The notes under the pieces are model-generated. The model was given only the letters and a program-made list of their open reading frames with translations. It had not been told where the DNA came from and did not search any database. DNA of 63,707 bases, counting the filler, from Folioceros fuciformis (taxonomy: Eukaryota): assembly GCA_049999805.1 (NCBI GenBank). It is 7 parts of 7 records of this genome, joined end to end, with 100 filler letters (N's around TTAATTAATTAA, not from the genome) between each part and the next. Parts side by side here need not be neighbours in the genome. Positions count along the whole stretch, not along the records: positions 54,182 to 63,707 come from JBNGIO010003562.1; 6 more parts are not named here. The stretch is one strand, 5' to 3'. Shown here one piece after another: positions 60,614 through 63,707 of this stretch (positions are counted from its first letter, which is position 1; every line of letters begins with the position of its first letter). Made by a program: the position numbers and the translations under genes.

Positions 60614-63585
60614 ATGGGATCTGTCGATATTGAGTCCGCGCTTCACAGCGTGGCAAGCATCAGTGACCAGAAGCACAAGATTGATCAGTACAAGATGCTG
60701 TTGTCGTCCATCACCTCCACGAATAACGTTGCGCATGCCAAGGCCTTCATCGACCACAGTATGACCTCTTCCTGCTCGTCACCACCATGTCCATGACCTT
60801 GTTTTGATGCCATATCACATGGACCTGCCAGAGTGTTGAGTAAGTTCTCTGTGAGGTAGAGACGAACGAGGTACCAGTCCAAATATTCTTGTTTGCTTAT
60901 TTGCAGTGGTGACGGACGAGGTTCCTTTGGTAGCTTCTCGACAGTTGCTGCAAATATTTGCACAGGAATTGAACAAACTGGAGCCAGAGGCTCACAAGGA
61001 GATAGCGCAGTATGCATTGGCTCAAGTGCAGCCTCGCGTCATTTCTTTTGAGGAGCAGGTGCTTTTGCCATGCTTGATCATCCCGTTTCTCCACTGCACT
61101 GCACTGCCAGCGGCAGTTCGACTTGCTGGTCACTCTGATGTTTCCGGTCAGGTTTCTGTCAAAATCTATTCTTAGGTCACTCCAGTGATTTAAATAAGGG
61201 CTGTGGAACTGGTGCTGTGAGTGTCAAGCATCGTTAGCGGGCAACGGGAACCAAGAAATCTGGGTTCTCAGGAGGTGTAGTGACAGTCAATAACCTAATG
61301 GAAGGGTTGTACTGTACAAGCATGAGGTGGTGCTATGAGAGGTCACATGATGCACCTGGGTTCTAGCTCTTTCTTTGAGTTGCTGGAAGTGTCGTGTGTG
61401 GAGTCATTGTGATTGCAAAGGCCTTGCATCTCCGAGACTTTTTAGTGATTTACGCTCTTTTGACATTTTGCAGGTGTCTGTCATTCGAGAAGGATTGGCT
61501 GATCTGTACGAAAACGAGGAGCAGTGGTCCAAGGCTGCAGAGATGCTGAGTGGGATTGACCTTGATTCCGGCATTCGGTTAGTTCAAAGTAACCTTCTTG
61601 TGGGCTCCTCTAATTTGAGTCAAACTTTTAACCAGACTTGACATTTTTCAGTCTGTCCAGTTCAGTACCAGTGTTTTTCCTTGTTGTAACGTTATCTGTT
61701 CCCCTTCAGGATACTTGAGGACACCTATAAGCTCGAGAAGTGTGTGAAGATTGCACTGTTATATCTTGAGGTCTGTTCTATTGCGTTGTGCAAGTTATCT
61801 TGTAGCAACAATCAGTGACTGCGGCCCATGACCTAGTTCCTCCTTACCTCTTATCTACTGCATGCTGCAATAGGATGATGATGCCGTGAAGGCAGAGGTG
61901 TTCATCAAGAAGGCATCATTTTTGGTGAATAATTGCAAAGATGAAGCTCTTACTCTCCAATTCAAGGTATGTGCGAGATGAAGATCGATGGTTACAATAT
62001 GTGCCGCCTTGGCTCTAACTGTGTGTTCCATGACAGGTTTGTTATGCACGCATTCTGGATTCCAAACGCAAGTTCCTGGAAGCTGCTCTTCGATATTATG
62101 AGCTTTCACAACTGGAGAAACGAGAAATAGGTGGCAGGTTGTTCTCACTTTCTGTTAATCTCAGGACTCATTTAGATTTGTGTTGCTTGGCATGGTCAGC
62201 AACCATGCTGATGTTGAGTGTAGGAGCTGGACATGCTGAAGGTTTCCCTTTTTTTTCAGGCAAGTCGATGAAGATGAGCTGCAACAAGCACTTACAGCTG
62301 CTGTAACGTGCACCATTCTAGCAGCTGCGGGACCTCAGAGATCTCGAGTGCTGGCAACCCTGTACAAGGTTAATGGCCAGTCACTTTGGACTGCAAAAGG
62401 CTAGGAAGGTGGTGGGGGTTCTTACTTGGCTCTAGACATCTGTGGAGACGCACATCCTTAACTATCACGTCCTCTTTCTTGCAGGATGAGAGATGCTCCA
62501 AGTTGAAGATTTATCCCATTCTACAAAAGGTGTGGGGGTGACAACGGAGTTGTTGGTCGTGTGATGTGAAATGGCAAAGGGGTTTCTAAAGCTGAGAACT
62601 GAGCGTGTTGTTTCAATCACTAGGTGTTTTTGGAGAGAATTCTACGGAGACCCGAAGTGGAGGCATTCTCAGCGGATCTCAAACCCCATCAGGTAGGTAT
62701 CAATGCATCTAAGTTTGTGTTTAGTGCTCGTTTGGAATCGGACCTGGGCGGGTGGAGTAATTTAGTGGCCAACATGTTGATTTCCAGAAAGCTCTACTGG
62801 GAGATAACAGTACTGTGTTAGATCGGGCTATGGTGGAGCACAATCTTCTGAGTGCCAGCAAGCTGTACACAAACATTAGGTGAGAGTTTGGTGACTAAGT
62901 TACGTGCTGCGATGCCGTTCAGGCTGGGCCGGGCTGGGCTGGCTTGACTTTGGTCCGGCCACCTGGTGTCACTTGCAGTTTTGAGGAGCTAGGAGCGTTG
63001 CTAGGAATCGATCCTCAAAAGGTAAGTACTTGTGCGATTTGTGTCGTGAGCAGGATGAACTTGTGTGCTGTGTTGATGAACTTCAAATATTTGGATCTGC
63101 ATAGCAATATACAGCGATTGCCTGTTTTGTTCGTGCAGGCAGAAAAAATGGCTGCGAACATGATTTCAGAGGATCGCATGAGAGGCTCAATTGATCAGGT
63201 GGGGGTTGATTTCACAATAGAAAGCAAGTGCCTGAAATAGAGATAGAGAGACTAAAAGCAAGTTGCACACGACGGTCGTGGCGAGACGCAGTGATGAAGT
63301 GTCTGGACTCATGCGCACAACTCTGTTGAGTGATGCATATTGATGGATTTGGGCGATGCATTTCAGGTGGAGGGAGTCATCCATTTTGAAAACGACATTG
63401 AAGAGCTGCAACAGTGGGACCAACAGGTACGGTGGTTGAGTCGGCTCTGGTTTTGGCGTATGATGTGCGATGCATTCGTGACTGAACGTGGGTGTGTAAT
63501 TCCGGTGCAGATCGTAAATATTTGTCAAGCACTGAATGATGTACTGGACAGCATGGTGAAGAAGGGGATGGCGGTAGCTGTGTAG
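60614..63585 (+). CDS. CSN4: COP9 signalosome subunit 4 (PCI domain), multi-exon
   Basis: Contains DEVPLVASRQLLQ, VQPRVISFEEQV, CYARILDSKRKFLEAALRYY, CTILAAAGPQRSRVLATLYKDER, EHNLLSASKLYTNI and MISEDRMRGSIDQVEGVIHFE. Confidence 0.95.
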
Positions 63586-63707
63586 CATTCTGCAGGTGGA
63601 GGAGGGAATAAAGTTAGATGTTTTCTCGTTATCTGTTGTTGTCGTTGCGGCTTCGAGAGTTGACACTCGGAGAGTTGGGTGACGAGGTAGATATTGCGGT
63701 CTGGGGT

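Overview
Eukaryotic nuclear DNA from a land plant. Compact genes, ~90-150 nt introns and the gene content suggest a non-seed lineage such as a hornwort or other bryophyte, but this is inference. The draft assembly is interrupted by 100-N gaps, six of which carry an artificial TTAATTAATTAA spacer. Genes in order: a partial secreted His/Pro-rich protein, a TMCO4/DUF726 protein, VDAC and PDAT (all minus strand). Next is a ~14 kb island of decayed transposons: a CRE-like non-LTR fragment, a 41-bp minisatellite, a fold-back GC-rich satellite, a copia gag fragment, an Athila-like gypsy gag/protease remnant and a two-gene PIF/Harbinger relic. After the island come an unusual MLKL-like gene (4-helix bundle, apparently active kinase, SEL1 repeats, ARM-like tail), RNA pseudouridine synthase 1, a methylmalonyl-CoA epimerase, a partial coiled-coil gene, an RKD-type RWP-RK factor cut by a gap, an ASHH2/SDG8-type H3K36 methyltransferase with an SRI-like C-terminus, NF-YA, an intronless hAT-derived gene with degenerate catalytic motifs, and COP9 subunit 4. 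The most notable items are the MLKL-like kinase-SEL1 fusion (candidate single-chain sensor/executor immune protein), the MCEE gene in a land plant, and the domesticated hAT gene. All domain calls come from motif recognition by eye, not database searches.
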